Source: Thermodesulfobacteriota bacterium
Lineage (GTDB): Bacteria > Desulfobacterota > BSN033 > UBA1163
Assembly: GCA_030017685.1 (NCBI GenBank)
Contig: JASEHH010000003.1
Span: forward strand, 25,319 to 89,318
Length of the DNA: 64,000 nt
Direction: 5' to 3'
Position numbers and translations under genes: made by a program. Positions within the stretch are counted from its first letter, which is position 1, and the number at the start of each line of letters is the position of its first letter. Of the stretch, positions 9,882 to 18,076 are shown piece by piece. The notes under the pieces are model-generated. The model saw nothing but the letters and a program-made list of their open reading frames with translations, did no database searches and was not told where the DNA came from.

Positions 9882-11378
9882 TTATGGTTTGCTACTCCAA
9901 TCCCTCAGCATTTGGAGTAGCAACCTCACCCCAACCCCTGTTCCCCCTTTGGGAATATAGGGTCTTTCTTTTTCAATATGAGCTGGACCTGCAATATCCA
10001 GATGGACCCAGGGTGTCTTTTCAACAAACTTACTCAAAAAAATCCCTCCAATGATCGTCCCTGCAGCCCGGGTCCCAACATTTCTGAAATCCGCAGTATC
10101 ACTCTTAAGATAATCAAAGTATTCATCCCAGAGGGGCAACCGCCAAACCTTTTCTCCGCTTCTGGAGGCTTCCTCGATCTTTTTTAAGAGCGTGTCATCA
10201 TTTCCCATAATGCCGATCACATAATCTCCCAGGGCGATCACGCAAGCTCCGGTTAGGGTTGCCAGGTCGATGATAGCTTTTGGTTTATAACGAAGGCTGT
10301 AGGTCAGGGCATCTGCAAGGATGAGCCTTCCCTCTGCATCGGTGCTGATTACCTCAACGGTCTGACCTGAAAGGGTCTTCAACACATCACCCGGCTTATA
10401 GGCCTTTCCGCTCGGAAGATTTTCAGTTGCCGGAATAATCCCCACCAAATGAAGAGGAATCTGGAGCTGGGAAGCTGCCTGCAGGGTGGTCAAAACTGCC
10501 GCCGCCCCTGACATGTCGTCTTTCATCCTCTCCATATTTTCTGAAGGCTTAATCGAGATTCCACCACTGTCGAATGTGATTCCTTTCCCCACCAAAGCGA
10601 TGGTATCCAGCTTCTTCCCTTTATTATATTCCAGAACGATGAATTTCCCGGGTTCCTGGCTCCCTCGGGCCACAGCCGCAAAAGCTCCCATGCCCATGGC
10701 CTCTGCTTCGCTCACCTCCAACACCTGAATCTCCATGGAGTGATCTTTGGCAATCTGTCTGGCTTTTTCAACCAGCAACATGGGAGTGACCTGATTACTG
10801 GGTCCGTTGACCAGATTTCTTGCTGTGCAGACCGCATCTGAGATGATCGTCCCTTTCCTTGACCCCTCCCCAATGGATTGGATCTCTTTATCGGTCTCTC
10901 CGAGAAGGATCACTTCCTCAATCGTTTTGATCTTTCCCCTTTCAAGTGTCTTAAATTCATTGAACTGGTAAGTTCCAAGCAGAAGTCCTGTGACAAAAGA
11001 TTCAGTGAGCTCCTCCTCGAATAGACCTTTGAATGGTTTTATCTGAAACGCAAATTGTTTGATCCCCGAATCCCTTATAAACTGCCCGGCCTTCGAAGCC
11101 GCTCCTCTCCATTTCTCCAGATCGAACTCCTCTTTTTTGCCGAGACCTGTCAGCAAAACCCTTCTCGCAGGAATCGCCCCCTGGGTATGAATAAGCCGGC
11201 ATTGGAACAACTCCCCCTTGAAATCACCCTGGCTGATGAGTGTGGAGAGGTACCCCTTCCATTCCAGATCAACATTTTTGATTGGCCCCTCCAGGGGTTC
11301 TGGCGATTCAAAAGAAAAAAGAAGGAGAAGTTCGGAAGGATATTTCTCTGCTTTCCCTTGCTCAACCCGAATTTGCAT
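9882..11378 (-). CDS. pepA: leucyl aminopeptidase (M17 family)
   Basis: 498 aa containing the M17 signature NTDAEGRL (VISTDAEGRLILADALTY). Confidence 0.85.
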   Translation of the reverse strand: MQIRVEQGKAEKYPSELLLLFSFESPEPLEGPIKNVDLEWKGYLSTLISQGDFKGELFQCRLIHTQGAIPARRVLLTGLGKKEEFDLEKWRGAASKAGQFIRDSGIKQFAFQIKPFKGLFEEELTESFVTGLLLGTYQFNEFKTLERGKIKTIEEVILLGETDKEIQSIGEGSRKGTIISDAVCTARNLVNGPSNQVTPMLLVEKARQIAKDHSMEIQVLEVSEAEAMGMGAFAAVARGSQEPGKFIVLEYNKGKKLDTIALVGKGITFDSGGISIKPSENMERMKDDMSGAAAVLTTLQAASQLQIPLHLVGIIPATENLPSGKAYKPGDVLKTLSGQTVEVISTDAEGRLILADALTYSLRYKPKAIIDLATLTGACVIALGDYVIGIMGNDDTLLKKIEEASRSGEKVWRLPLWDEYFDYLKSDTADFRNVGTRAAGTIIGGIFLSKFVEKTPWVHLDIAGPAHIEKERPYIPKGGTGVGVRLLLQMLRDWSSKP

Positions 11379-11410
11379 AAGTTCTCCTCAGTACCCTTGT
11401 TGCTTTAGGC

Positions 11411-11951
11411 ATTTAAATTCGAAGCACTAAATCCGAAATCGCTTAAACTCTAAACACTAAACTCTAAACCCTAAACAAATCCAAAAGCTAAAACTCAAAA
11501 AGTTATTTCGATTTCTCAACAATTGAACCGAATATCTTCGTGAGCTCTGTTGCTTCCTTGATCAAGTTCTGTTTTTCCATCATTTGCTCTTCTTTTGGTT
11601 CGGTTAACTCAAGCCAGTACCCACTCTCTTTTGCCTCTTTTCTTGATATCTTTATTCTCATTACAAAATCCTTTCTACTTAATGCTTCTTCGCCCTCAAT
11701 ATAGTTGGCCCCCACTGAGCCAGAAGCCTTGATAAGCTGTCTTGCGTCTTCTATATTGCTTAAAGTCTTTGGTAAATTCTTCACGTAGTTTCTTACCATT
11801 TTGGCAAATCTAAGCGTCCTGTCCCTTAAATCATACGGTTTTGAGTTTTGTGTTTTGGATATTTGAGCTTGTTTAGAGTTTAGGATTTCGAGTTTAGGGT
11901 TTAACATCTTCGTTTCATCCCGTCTTGGCGTGATTTCAATATTCGGATTTT
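11411..11951. repeat. approximately 540-bp repeat unit, copy 1 (near-identical to 50230..50767), carrying a four-helix-bundle gene
   Basis: Direct nucleotide comparison of 11411-11951 with 50230-50767 shows near identity (a few substitutions, one N/S difference in the encoded protein). This includes about 90 bp 3' and about 45 bp 5' of the ORF. The ends are built from ctaaa(c)-type repeats that are approximately inverted relative to each other. Confidence 0.8.
11503..11907 (-). CDS. four-helix-bundle protein (TIGR02436-like, the 23S rRNA intervening-sequence protein family)
   Basis: 134 aa translating to MLNPKLEILNSKQAQISKTQNSKPYDLRDRTLRFAKMVRNYVKNLPKTLSNIEDARQLIKASGSVGANYIEGEEALSRKDFVMRIKISRKEAKESGYWLEL. 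This is the typical four-helix-bundle pattern. A second copy lies at 50320..50724. Confidence 0.75.
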   Translation of the reverse strand: MLNPKLEILNSKQAQISKTQNSKPYDLRDRTLRFAKMVRNYVKNLPKTLSNIEDARQLIKASGSVGANYIEGEEALSRKDFVMRIKISRKEAKESGYWLELTEPKEEQMMEKQNLIKEATELTKIFGSIVEKSK

Positions 11952-11960
11952 CTCATTAAG

Positions 11961-13166
11961 CTAATCTCTTTCTTTCAGTTTCGATAGGGCAATGGAGCGA
12001 TTCTTCTCGACGGTAGAAAATTCCTTTACCTTTTTTGCCAAAGTGGGAGGCCATCCCCCCCGTTCAAGAATCCTTGCCAGCATCCAGGGGTTCAAATCAG
12101 AAACTTCCATCCACTTTCCGGCGTTCTTGATGAACTCATCCAATGCCTTTCGATTCGGATCTCCCTTCAAGGGATACTTCTCTTTCATCTCGGTCTTAAT
12201 TTTGGCTACATGGTCACTCCCGTAGATAGCCTCTAACTCCTCCCGTTGAGCATAAGCAAAGAGAGCTTCCTCCACTCTGGCCAGCTCTGCATCAATCTCT
12301 CCAATTAAAATCCCCTTCTTTTCTTTCAGTTCCACATATCGGTTGACCAGATTCACCCCTTCTTCCTGAAGATATTCATTCGGGGGAAGACTCTCCGCCA
12401 CAATCCGATGCCTCCGTTTTGGACAGAGACTCTGATAATCACACCAGCTACAGAGGGGGCTCTCTTGGGGAGAAAAATCCCTGTCTGACTCGATCTTCTT
12501 GATGAGTTCCATCGTCTCCTGCCGGAGTCGTTGAAGCTCCTCAGGAGTTCTCAGAGATTGAACCTCCACATCGAAGGCAAGATAGTGCCAGATCAATTTG
12601 ATTTCCTGTATATCTTTCCATTTTCCCTCCACCCCCATTTGATAGAAGGCCAGCTGTCGGTCTGATTGGACGTCTCCCTGGGTCGGGAGTCTACTGGAGG
12701 TTTTATAATCGTGAATCTCGAGGATAGAGTGGTCCGAGAGTGCAAGACGATCAATCACTCCCCTGATCCAGTACCCCTTTTCCTCTTCGAGGGGAAAATA
12801 GATGGTCTCTTCAAGGCCCAATGTCCTTCCCTGGTCAAAGGGATAATAACGTTTGTAATAGTCTGTGATGCATTTTTCTCCCAGACGGCGATAGTCTTCC
12901 GCATGGTATTCCTTTCTGATGATCTGAACCGACTCACTCCAGTTCTTCTCCCAGCATTGATGATAAAAGGCAAGAAGTTCTTCGAGGGTATTGAGTTTGG
13001 TCATCTTCAGGTCACGGTAGAGCTTTTCCAGGGCATCGTGAACCCTCGAACCCATGAAAGCCTCAATCCCTTCCGTATCCATCTTAATTTTCTGGATGTA
13101 GTGAAGTCGATATTGATAGGGACAGGTTTGATAGGTGGAGAGCTGGGAATGGGAATACGCTGGCAT
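11961..13166 (-). CDS. PD-(D/E)XK nuclease superfamily protein, Cas4/RecB-like with Fe-S cysteine motif
   Basis: 401 aa. The N-terminal SQLSTYQTCPYQYRLHYI plus the C-proximal CSWCDYQSLC give the 1+3 cysteine pattern of Cas4/AddB-type nuclease domains. The core contains D/E..K-like residues. Confidence 0.65.
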   Translation of the reverse strand: MPAYSHSQLSTYQTCPYQYRLHYIQKIKMDTEGIEAFMGSRVHDALEKLYRDLKMTKLNTLEELLAFYHQCWEKNWSESVQIIRKEYHAEDYRRLGEKCITDYYKRYYPFDQGRTLGLEETIYFPLEEEKGYWIRGVIDRLALSDHSILEIHDYKTSSRLPTQGDVQSDRQLAFYQMGVEGKWKDIQEIKLIWHYLAFDVEVQSLRTPEELQRLRQETMELIKKIESDRDFSPQESPLCSWCDYQSLCPKRRHRIVAESLPPNEYLQEEGVNLVNRYVELKEKKGILIGEIDAELARVEEALFAYAQREELEAIYGSDHVAKIKTEMKEKYPLKGDPNRKALDEFIKNAGKWMEVSDLNPWMLARILERGGWPPTLAKKVKEFSTVEKNRSIALSKLKERD

Positions 13167-13276
13167 CCGTTACCTCATCTATGCTTTGCAGAAGGTTATA
13201 ACTATTTTTAACAAGAATTCCTCCCCCTGTCAAAAAACATTTCTCCTTGAAACATGAAGCGGGAGTGTGATACGAG

Positions 13277-14068
13277 ATGGATAGGATGGACTCAGAAAAA
13301 AAGTTGGAAAAACTACAGGAAAAAATAATTCGGTGCCGAAAATGTCCAAGGCTGGTCAATTATTTAAAAGAGGTTCAGGACCGCAGACCCAGGCGATACA
13401 GGGAATGGAACTACTGGTCTAAACCCCTTCCCAGTTTTGGAGACCCGAAGGCCCGGGTTCTTATCATCGGTCTTGCGCCTGCGGCCAATGGGGGAAACCG
13501 GACAGGAAGAATGTTTACAGGGGATCGGAGTGGAGAGTGGTTGTTTGAAGCCCTTCACCGTTTTGGCTTTGCCAATCAACCCAATTCGGCTAGACGGGAT
13601 GACGATTTTGCCTTAAAGGATTGTTACATCACAGCAACGGTCCGCTGCGCTCCTCCGGATAATAAACCCCTGCCCGAAGAGATTGAGAACTGCCGACCTT
13701 ATGTCTTAGAGGAACTCAATCTTTTAAAAAATGTGAAGGTCCTTATTCCGCTGGGACAGATCGCTTTTACACAAACCCTAAAATCTCTAAGGTTAAAAGG
13801 ATACGATATTCCCCCTTTATCTTTTGGCCATGGGAAGTTCTATTCGATTTCAAAACTCCGAACTCCTGACTCCCTGCCTTCGCCGAAACGCTACGTGCAG
13901 GCAGGCGAACTCCGAACTGTCACTCTAATTACAACCTACCACCCGAGCCAGCAGAATACCTTAACCGGCAAACTCACCAGACCGATGTTCTATAAGATCT
14001 TTAAAATGATTTGCTCCGAACTCCCCGCCTACCGGACGGGCAGGCGAGCTTATAGCTCCGAACTTTAA
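13277..14068 (+). CDS. uracil-DNA glycosylase, family 4/5 (Fe-S type), carrying two in-frame repeat-element insertions
   Basis: Translation contains CRKCPRL, GLAPAANGGNRTGRMFTGDRSG and the C-terminal HPS motif (TTYHPSQQ). Two palindromic elements with duplicated flanks are embedded in-frame at 13854-13918 and 14013-14064. Confidence 0.75.
   Translation: MDRMDSEKKLEKLQEKIIRCRKCPRLVNYLKEVQDRRPRRYREWNYWSKPLPSFGDPKARVLIIGLAPAANGGNRTGRMFTGDRSGEWLFEALHRFGFANQPNSARRDDDFALKDCYITATVRCAPPDNKPLPEEIENCRPYVLEELNLLKNVKVLIPLGQIAFTQTLKSLRLKGYDIPPLSFGHGKFYSISKLRTPDSLPSPKRYVQAGELRTVTLITTYHPSQQNTLTGKLTRPMFYKIFKMICSELPAYRTGRRAYSSEL
13854..13918. mobile_element. MITE/REP-like palindromic element (CCTGCC...GGCAGG core) with 11-bp target-site duplication AACTCCGAACT, inserted in-frame in the UDG gene
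   Basis: The sequence reads aactccgaact | cctgactccctgccttcgccgaaacgctacgtgcaggcaggcg | aactccgaact. Element plus duplication add 54 bp (18 codons) and the reading frame is preserved (adds LRTPDSLPSPKRYVQAGE). Confidence 0.55.
14013..14064. mobile_element. second palindromic element with 10-bp target-site duplication GCTCCGAACT at the UDG C-terminus
   Basis: The sequence reads gctccgaact | ccccgcctaccggacgggcaggcgagcttata | gctccgaact, then ttaa. The 42 bp added equal 14 codons in frame, and the stop lies immediately after. Confidence 0.5.
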
Positions 14069-14071
14069 TTT

Positions 14072-14338
14072 ATGATCGTTCACCTTCCCATTGAAGACTG
14101 GCTCGATCTTCACACCTTCTCGCCGAAAGAGATCCCTTCTCTTTTGGAGGAATACCTTGGGGAATGTCAGAGGAAGGGGCTTAAAGAGGTTCGGATCATC
14201 CACGGAAAAGGTAAGGGAGTGCAACGAACTATCGTCCACTCCCTTCTCGAGAAAAATCCTCTTGTCGAATCCTACAGACAGGCTCTCCCTGAGGCAGGTT
14301 CATGGGGTGCTACGATTGTCACTTTGAGAAGACAATAG
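14072..14338 (+). CDS. Smr domain protein
   Basis: 88 aa containing the Smr-like block VRIIHGKGKGVQRTIVHSLL. It starts 4 nt after the UDG stop. Confidence 0.6.
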   Translation: MIVHLPIEDWLDLHTFSPKEIPSLLEEYLGECQRKGLKEVRIIHGKGKGVQRTIVHSLLEKNPLVESYRQALPEAGSWGATIVTLRRQ

Positions 14339-14380
14339 ATTCGGATTGTAAAAAAAAGAATTTTATGGTAGCATTTTTCA

Positions 14381-14536
14381 AAATTTGATGGTCTCGTAAA
14401 AAGTCCCAAAAGTGGTCATTGCGTGCGGAGCGAAGCTATCTCGTATCTCATAAGTGCTTGATTTTATGAAATTGCTTCATCGCTACGCTCCTCTCAATGA
14501 CATGTGGTTGGACTTTTTACGATTTCATCAAATTTA
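14381..14536. repeat. approximately 155-bp extended imperfect inverted repeat upstream of the peptide ABC operon
   Basis: The left arm aaatttgatggtctcgtaaaaagtcccaaaagtggtcattg and the right arm caatgacatgtggttggactttttacgatttcatcaaattt are near reverse complements. The centre (ggagcgaagc...gcttcatcgctacgctcc) is also self-complementary. Confidence 0.45.
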
Positions 14537-14583
14537 ATAATCTTCATTTTCCCTTTTAAAAGGTGAAAAGAAAGGGGGTTTTT

Positions 14584-16128
14584 ATGAAACGACTATTCTG
14601 CTTAATGTTAATTCTCATCCCATCTCTTCTCTTCCTCCCGGTTTCCAGCCCGGCTAAAGTACCCGGAGGAACCGTTACTTATGCGGCCGGTGCAGATCCG
14701 GACCGGCTTGATCCGGCAAATGCAGAGAGCAACCCCTCAGAGGCGGTAAACCGGATGATGTACGAGAACCTCGCCAAATTTGATGAAAAACTGAAGATCG
14801 TCCCCGGGCTCGCCACCAAGTGGGAACAGTCGAAAGATGGCATGACATGGACCTTCTTTCTAAGAAAGGGAGTCAAGTTTCATGACGGCACGCCTTTCAA
14901 TGCAGAGTCGGTCAAAGTTTTTATTGAAAGGATGATTGGACCTGAGAAACCTTCCCGGGCAGGTCTTTATGTCCCCTTTGTGAATTCGGTAGAGATTGTA
15001 GATGACTTCACCATCAAGATCCATTTGAAAACTCCCTTTGCTTTTTTCCTTAACAACCTAGCCCACAGCGCATCAGGAATCATCAGCCCCACGGCTCTGA
15101 AGACTCATGGAAAGGATATTGCCCGTAAACCTGTGGGGACCGGTCCATTCAAGTTTGTCGAATGGATTCATGGCGACCACATCACCCTTGTTCGAAACGA
15201 TGATTACTGGGGAGGGAAGCCCAATCTCGACAAGATCATTATCAGGACGGTCAAGGAGGACAGCGCCCGGGTCATGATGCTCCAGTCAGGGGATGCCCAG
15301 CTGATCGTCCGAATTCCTCCGGAAGACGTTCCCAGACTTGAAAAGGATGCGAAGATTAAACTCGATTCTACGGAAACGCTCCGTGCTCTATACATCGGGA
15401 TCAACTGCTCCAAAAAACCTTTCACAGATGTTCGAGTCAGACAAGCACTCAATTATGCGGTCGATAAAGAGGCCATCGTCAAAAACATCTATCAGGGAAG
15501 GGCATTGACCAGTTCAGGAATTGTTGCTCCTTTGACCACCGGTTACTTTCCGATTCAAGGATACCCCTATGATCCGGAAAAGGCGAAAAAACTCCTCGCT
15601 GAAGCGGGGTATCCCAGTGGCTTCAAAGCAAAGCTCTGGAGCCCTCAGGGCCGTTACCCCAAAGACTTTGAGATGGCTCAAGTGGTTCAACAACAGTTAA
15701 AAAAGGTGGGAATTGACTGCACCCTCGACACAATGGAATGGGCGGCCTATTTAGCCGCAACCCGTAAAGGGCCTGAAGAAAATGAATCCGAACTCTTCCT
15801 GCTTGGATGGGCCCCCTCCACGGCAGAAGCTCGCTGGATTCTCTATCCCCTCTTTACCACCGAACAATGGGTGCCGAAGGGGAACAATCGAAGCTTCTTT
15901 TCAAATAAAGAGTTTGACGAGTTGGTCACCAAATTTACCCGGGCGACGAACAAAGCGGAAATGGATCAATATCTGAAGGCCGCCCAGGAATTGCTGGTCA
16001 AGGAAGCGCCTTCCATCTTTATCCTGGTGACCAAAGAAACCATCGGGATGAGTAAAAAACTCCAGGGCGTGATCAACTCCCCGCTGGAATTGACTTACTT
16101 TGATCATCAGACCTATCTTGAGAAATGA
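14584..16128 (+). CDS. ABC transporter substrate-binding protein, peptide/nickel family 5 (DppA/OppA-like)
   Basis: About 514 aa with a signal peptide and family-5 SBP-like composition. An AAAGGGGG RBS precedes the ATG at 14584. The track start at 14563 is a GTG. It is followed by two permeases and two ATPases. Confidence 0.8.
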   Translation: MKRLFCLMLILIPSLLFLPVSSPAKVPGGTVTYAAGADPDRLDPANAESNPSEAVNRMMYENLAKFDEKLKIVPGLATKWEQSKDGMTWTFFLRKGVKFHDGTPFNAESVKVFIERMIGPEKPSRAGLYVPFVNSVEIVDDFTIKIHLKTPFAFFLNNLAHSASGIISPTALKTHGKDIARKPVGTGPFKFVEWIHGDHITLVRNDDYWGGKPNLDKIIIRTVKEDSARVMMLQSGDAQLIVRIPPEDVPRLEKDAKIKLDSTETLRALYIGINCSKKPFTDVRVRQALNYAVDKEAIVKNIYQGRALTSSGIVAPLTTGYFPIQGYPYDPEKAKKLLAEAGYPSGFKAKLWSPQGRYPKDFEMAQVVQQQLKKVGIDCTLDTMEWAAYLAATRKGPEENESELFLLGWAPSTAEARWILYPLFTTEQWVPKGNNRSFFSNKEFDELVTKFTRATNKAEMDQYLKAAQELLVKEAPSIFILVTKETIGMSKKLQGVINSPLELTYFDHQTYLEK

Positions 16129-16160
16129 TGCCTATCCCTCAATGGGTATGAGGCTACCAG

Positions 16161-16200
16161 AGGGCGACTGAAATCGACGAGTCGCCCTTTTATTTATTTT
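16161..16200 (+). terminator. intra-operon Rho-independent terminator/attenuator after the SBP gene
   Basis: agggcgact-gaaatcgacg-agtcgccct followed by ttttatttatttt. Confidence 0.5.
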
Positions 16201-16212
16201 CCAGGGAGATGG

Positions 16213-17133
16213 ATGGGACGTTACATCTTAAAAAGATCCCTCATGCTTCTGCCTGTCCTTTTGGGAGTTTCGCTGGTCTCCTTTTCCCTGCTCCACATGG
16301 TCCCCGGAGACCCGGCGGAGTTGCTGGCAGGAGAGGAAGCCAATCCAGAATTCATCCAGGCCCTCCGGAAGGAATACGGGTTAGACCAGCCCCTTTACAT
16401 TCAATACTTTCATTTCATCTCCCATGTTGTCCGGGGGGATTTCGGAATCTCTATCCGGAATCGGGAACCTGTCATTAAGCTTCTCAAGGAACGATTCCTC
16501 TTCACCCTCCAGCTTTCTTTTCTCTCGATCCTGATTGCCTGCTTCATCGGTCTGATCGCCGGGGTGATTTCTTCAACCAAGCAGTATTCCCTTTTTGATA
16601 ACATGAGCATGGTAGGCGCCCTTTTCGGTATCTCGATGCCCATCTTCTGGTTCGGTCTGCTCCTGATGCTTGTATTCTCTGTGCATCTGAGATGGTTCCC
16701 GGCCGGTGGAAAAGGAACGATCCTGCACCTCATCCTTCCAGCCATTGCCCTCGGGGCCGCCTCGTCCGCGGTCATCGCCCGCATGACCCGGGCCTCCATG
16801 CTGGAGGTGGTGAGGCAGGATTACATCCGGACTGCCCGGGCCAACGGTCTTCGCGAATTCATCGTCATCTACAAGCATGCTCTGAAAAATGCCATGATCC
16901 CTATCATCACCGTCTTCGGCCTCGAATTCGGATACATGCTCGGCGGGGCTGTATTGACCGAAACGGTCTTTTCATTACCTGGAGTGGGAAGGCTGATGGT
17001 GGAAGGGATCTTCCAACGAGATTACCCCGTCGTTCAAGGTTCGATGCTTCTGGTCGCAACGACCTTCGTCGTGGTCAATCTTCTAACCGATATTGCTTAT
17101 GCTTTTTTTGACCCGAAAATAAGATATGAATGA
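16213..17133 (+). CDS. peptide ABC transporter permease (DppB/OppB-like)
   Basis: 306 aa polytopic membrane protein in an ABC operon context. Its stop overlaps the next gene by 8 nt. Confidence 0.8.
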   Translation: MGRYILKRSLMLLPVLLGVSLVSFSLLHMVPGDPAELLAGEEANPEFIQALRKEYGLDQPLYIQYFHFISHVVRGDFGISIRNREPVIKLLKERFLFTLQLSFLSILIACFIGLIAGVISSTKQYSLFDNMSMVGALFGISMPIFWFGLLLMLVFSVHLRWFPAGGKGTILHLILPAIALGAASSAVIARMTRASMLEVVRQDYIRTARANGLREFIVIYKHALKNAMIPIITVFGLEFGYMLGGAVLTETVFSLPGVGRLMVEGIFQRDYPVVQGSMLLVATTFVVVNLLTDIAYAFFDPKIRYE

Positions 17134-17992
17134 GGCAAAAAGAACGAAAACGATAAGCCAGACGGAAGAGGTCTGGCGGAGACTCAAACGAAACCGTACT
17201 GCCATCATCGGAGGGATGATCGTTTTTCTCTTCGTCTTTGTCGCCATTCTGGCTCCCTGGATTTCTCCTTACCCCCCCAATGAGGGAGATCTGGCGAAAC
17301 GGCTGAAACCTCCTAGCAAGGAACATCTTCTGGGGACGGATGCTCTTGGAAGGGATCAACTGAGCCGGATCATCTTTGGAGCCCGGATTTCCCTTCAGAT
17401 TCAGGTGGTCGCTGTTTTCATCGCTCTCATCATCGGAACGCTCCTTGGCATGGTCGGAGGTTACTATGGGGGAACACTCGACAACCTGATCATGAGACTG
17501 ATGGATATTCTCCTCGCCTTTCCGGGGATCTTCCTCGCCATCTCCATCATCGCCGTTCTGGGTCCCGGCCTGACCAATCTGATGCTGGCCGCGGGGATCT
17601 ACTCGATTCCCCAGTTCGCGAGAATTGCCAGGGGATCTGTCCTTTCTTTAAAAGAAAAGGAGTTCATCGAGGCAGCCCGGGCAGTGGGGGAAAACGACTT
17701 GAATATCCTCTTCCGTTATCTGCTGCCGAACTCCATGGCCCCCCTCATTATTCAGACTACCCTTCGAATGGCCACCGTTCTCCTCACTGCATCCGGCCTG
17801 AGCTTCCTTGGTCTCGGAGTTCAACCCCCCACTCCGGAATGGGGCGCCATGCTTTCTACCGCGAGAGCCTATATGATCACCGCTCCTCACGTGGCCACTG
17901 TTCCGGGGCTGGCGATCATGCTGGTGGTGATGGGCTTCAACCTCTTCGGTGACGGTCTGAGGGACTCGCTTGATCCGAGGTTAAGAGACTGA
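17126..17992 (+). CDS. peptide ABC transporter permease (DppC/OppC-like)
   Basis: 288 aa membrane protein in the same operon. Confidence 0.8.
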   Translation: MNEAKRTKTISQTEEVWRRLKRNRTAIIGGMIVFLFVFVAILAPWISPYPPNEGDLAKRLKPPSKEHLLGTDALGRDQLSRIIFGARISLQIQVVAVFIALIIGTLLGMVGGYYGGTLDNLIMRLMDILLAFPGIFLAISIIAVLGPGLTNLMLAAGIYSIPQFARIARGSVLSLKEKEFIEAARAVGENDLNILFRYLLPNSMAPLIIQTTLRMATVLLTASGLSFLGLGVQPPTPEWGAMLSTARAYMITAPHVATVPGLAIMLVVMGFNLFGDGLRDSLDPRLRD

Positions 17993-18076
17993 TTTGACTT
18001 TGGATTGTGGAATGCGGAATTCGGAATGAAATAAGAATAAAATTACAGACCATGTGTTAGGAAGGGTTTCATAAGA

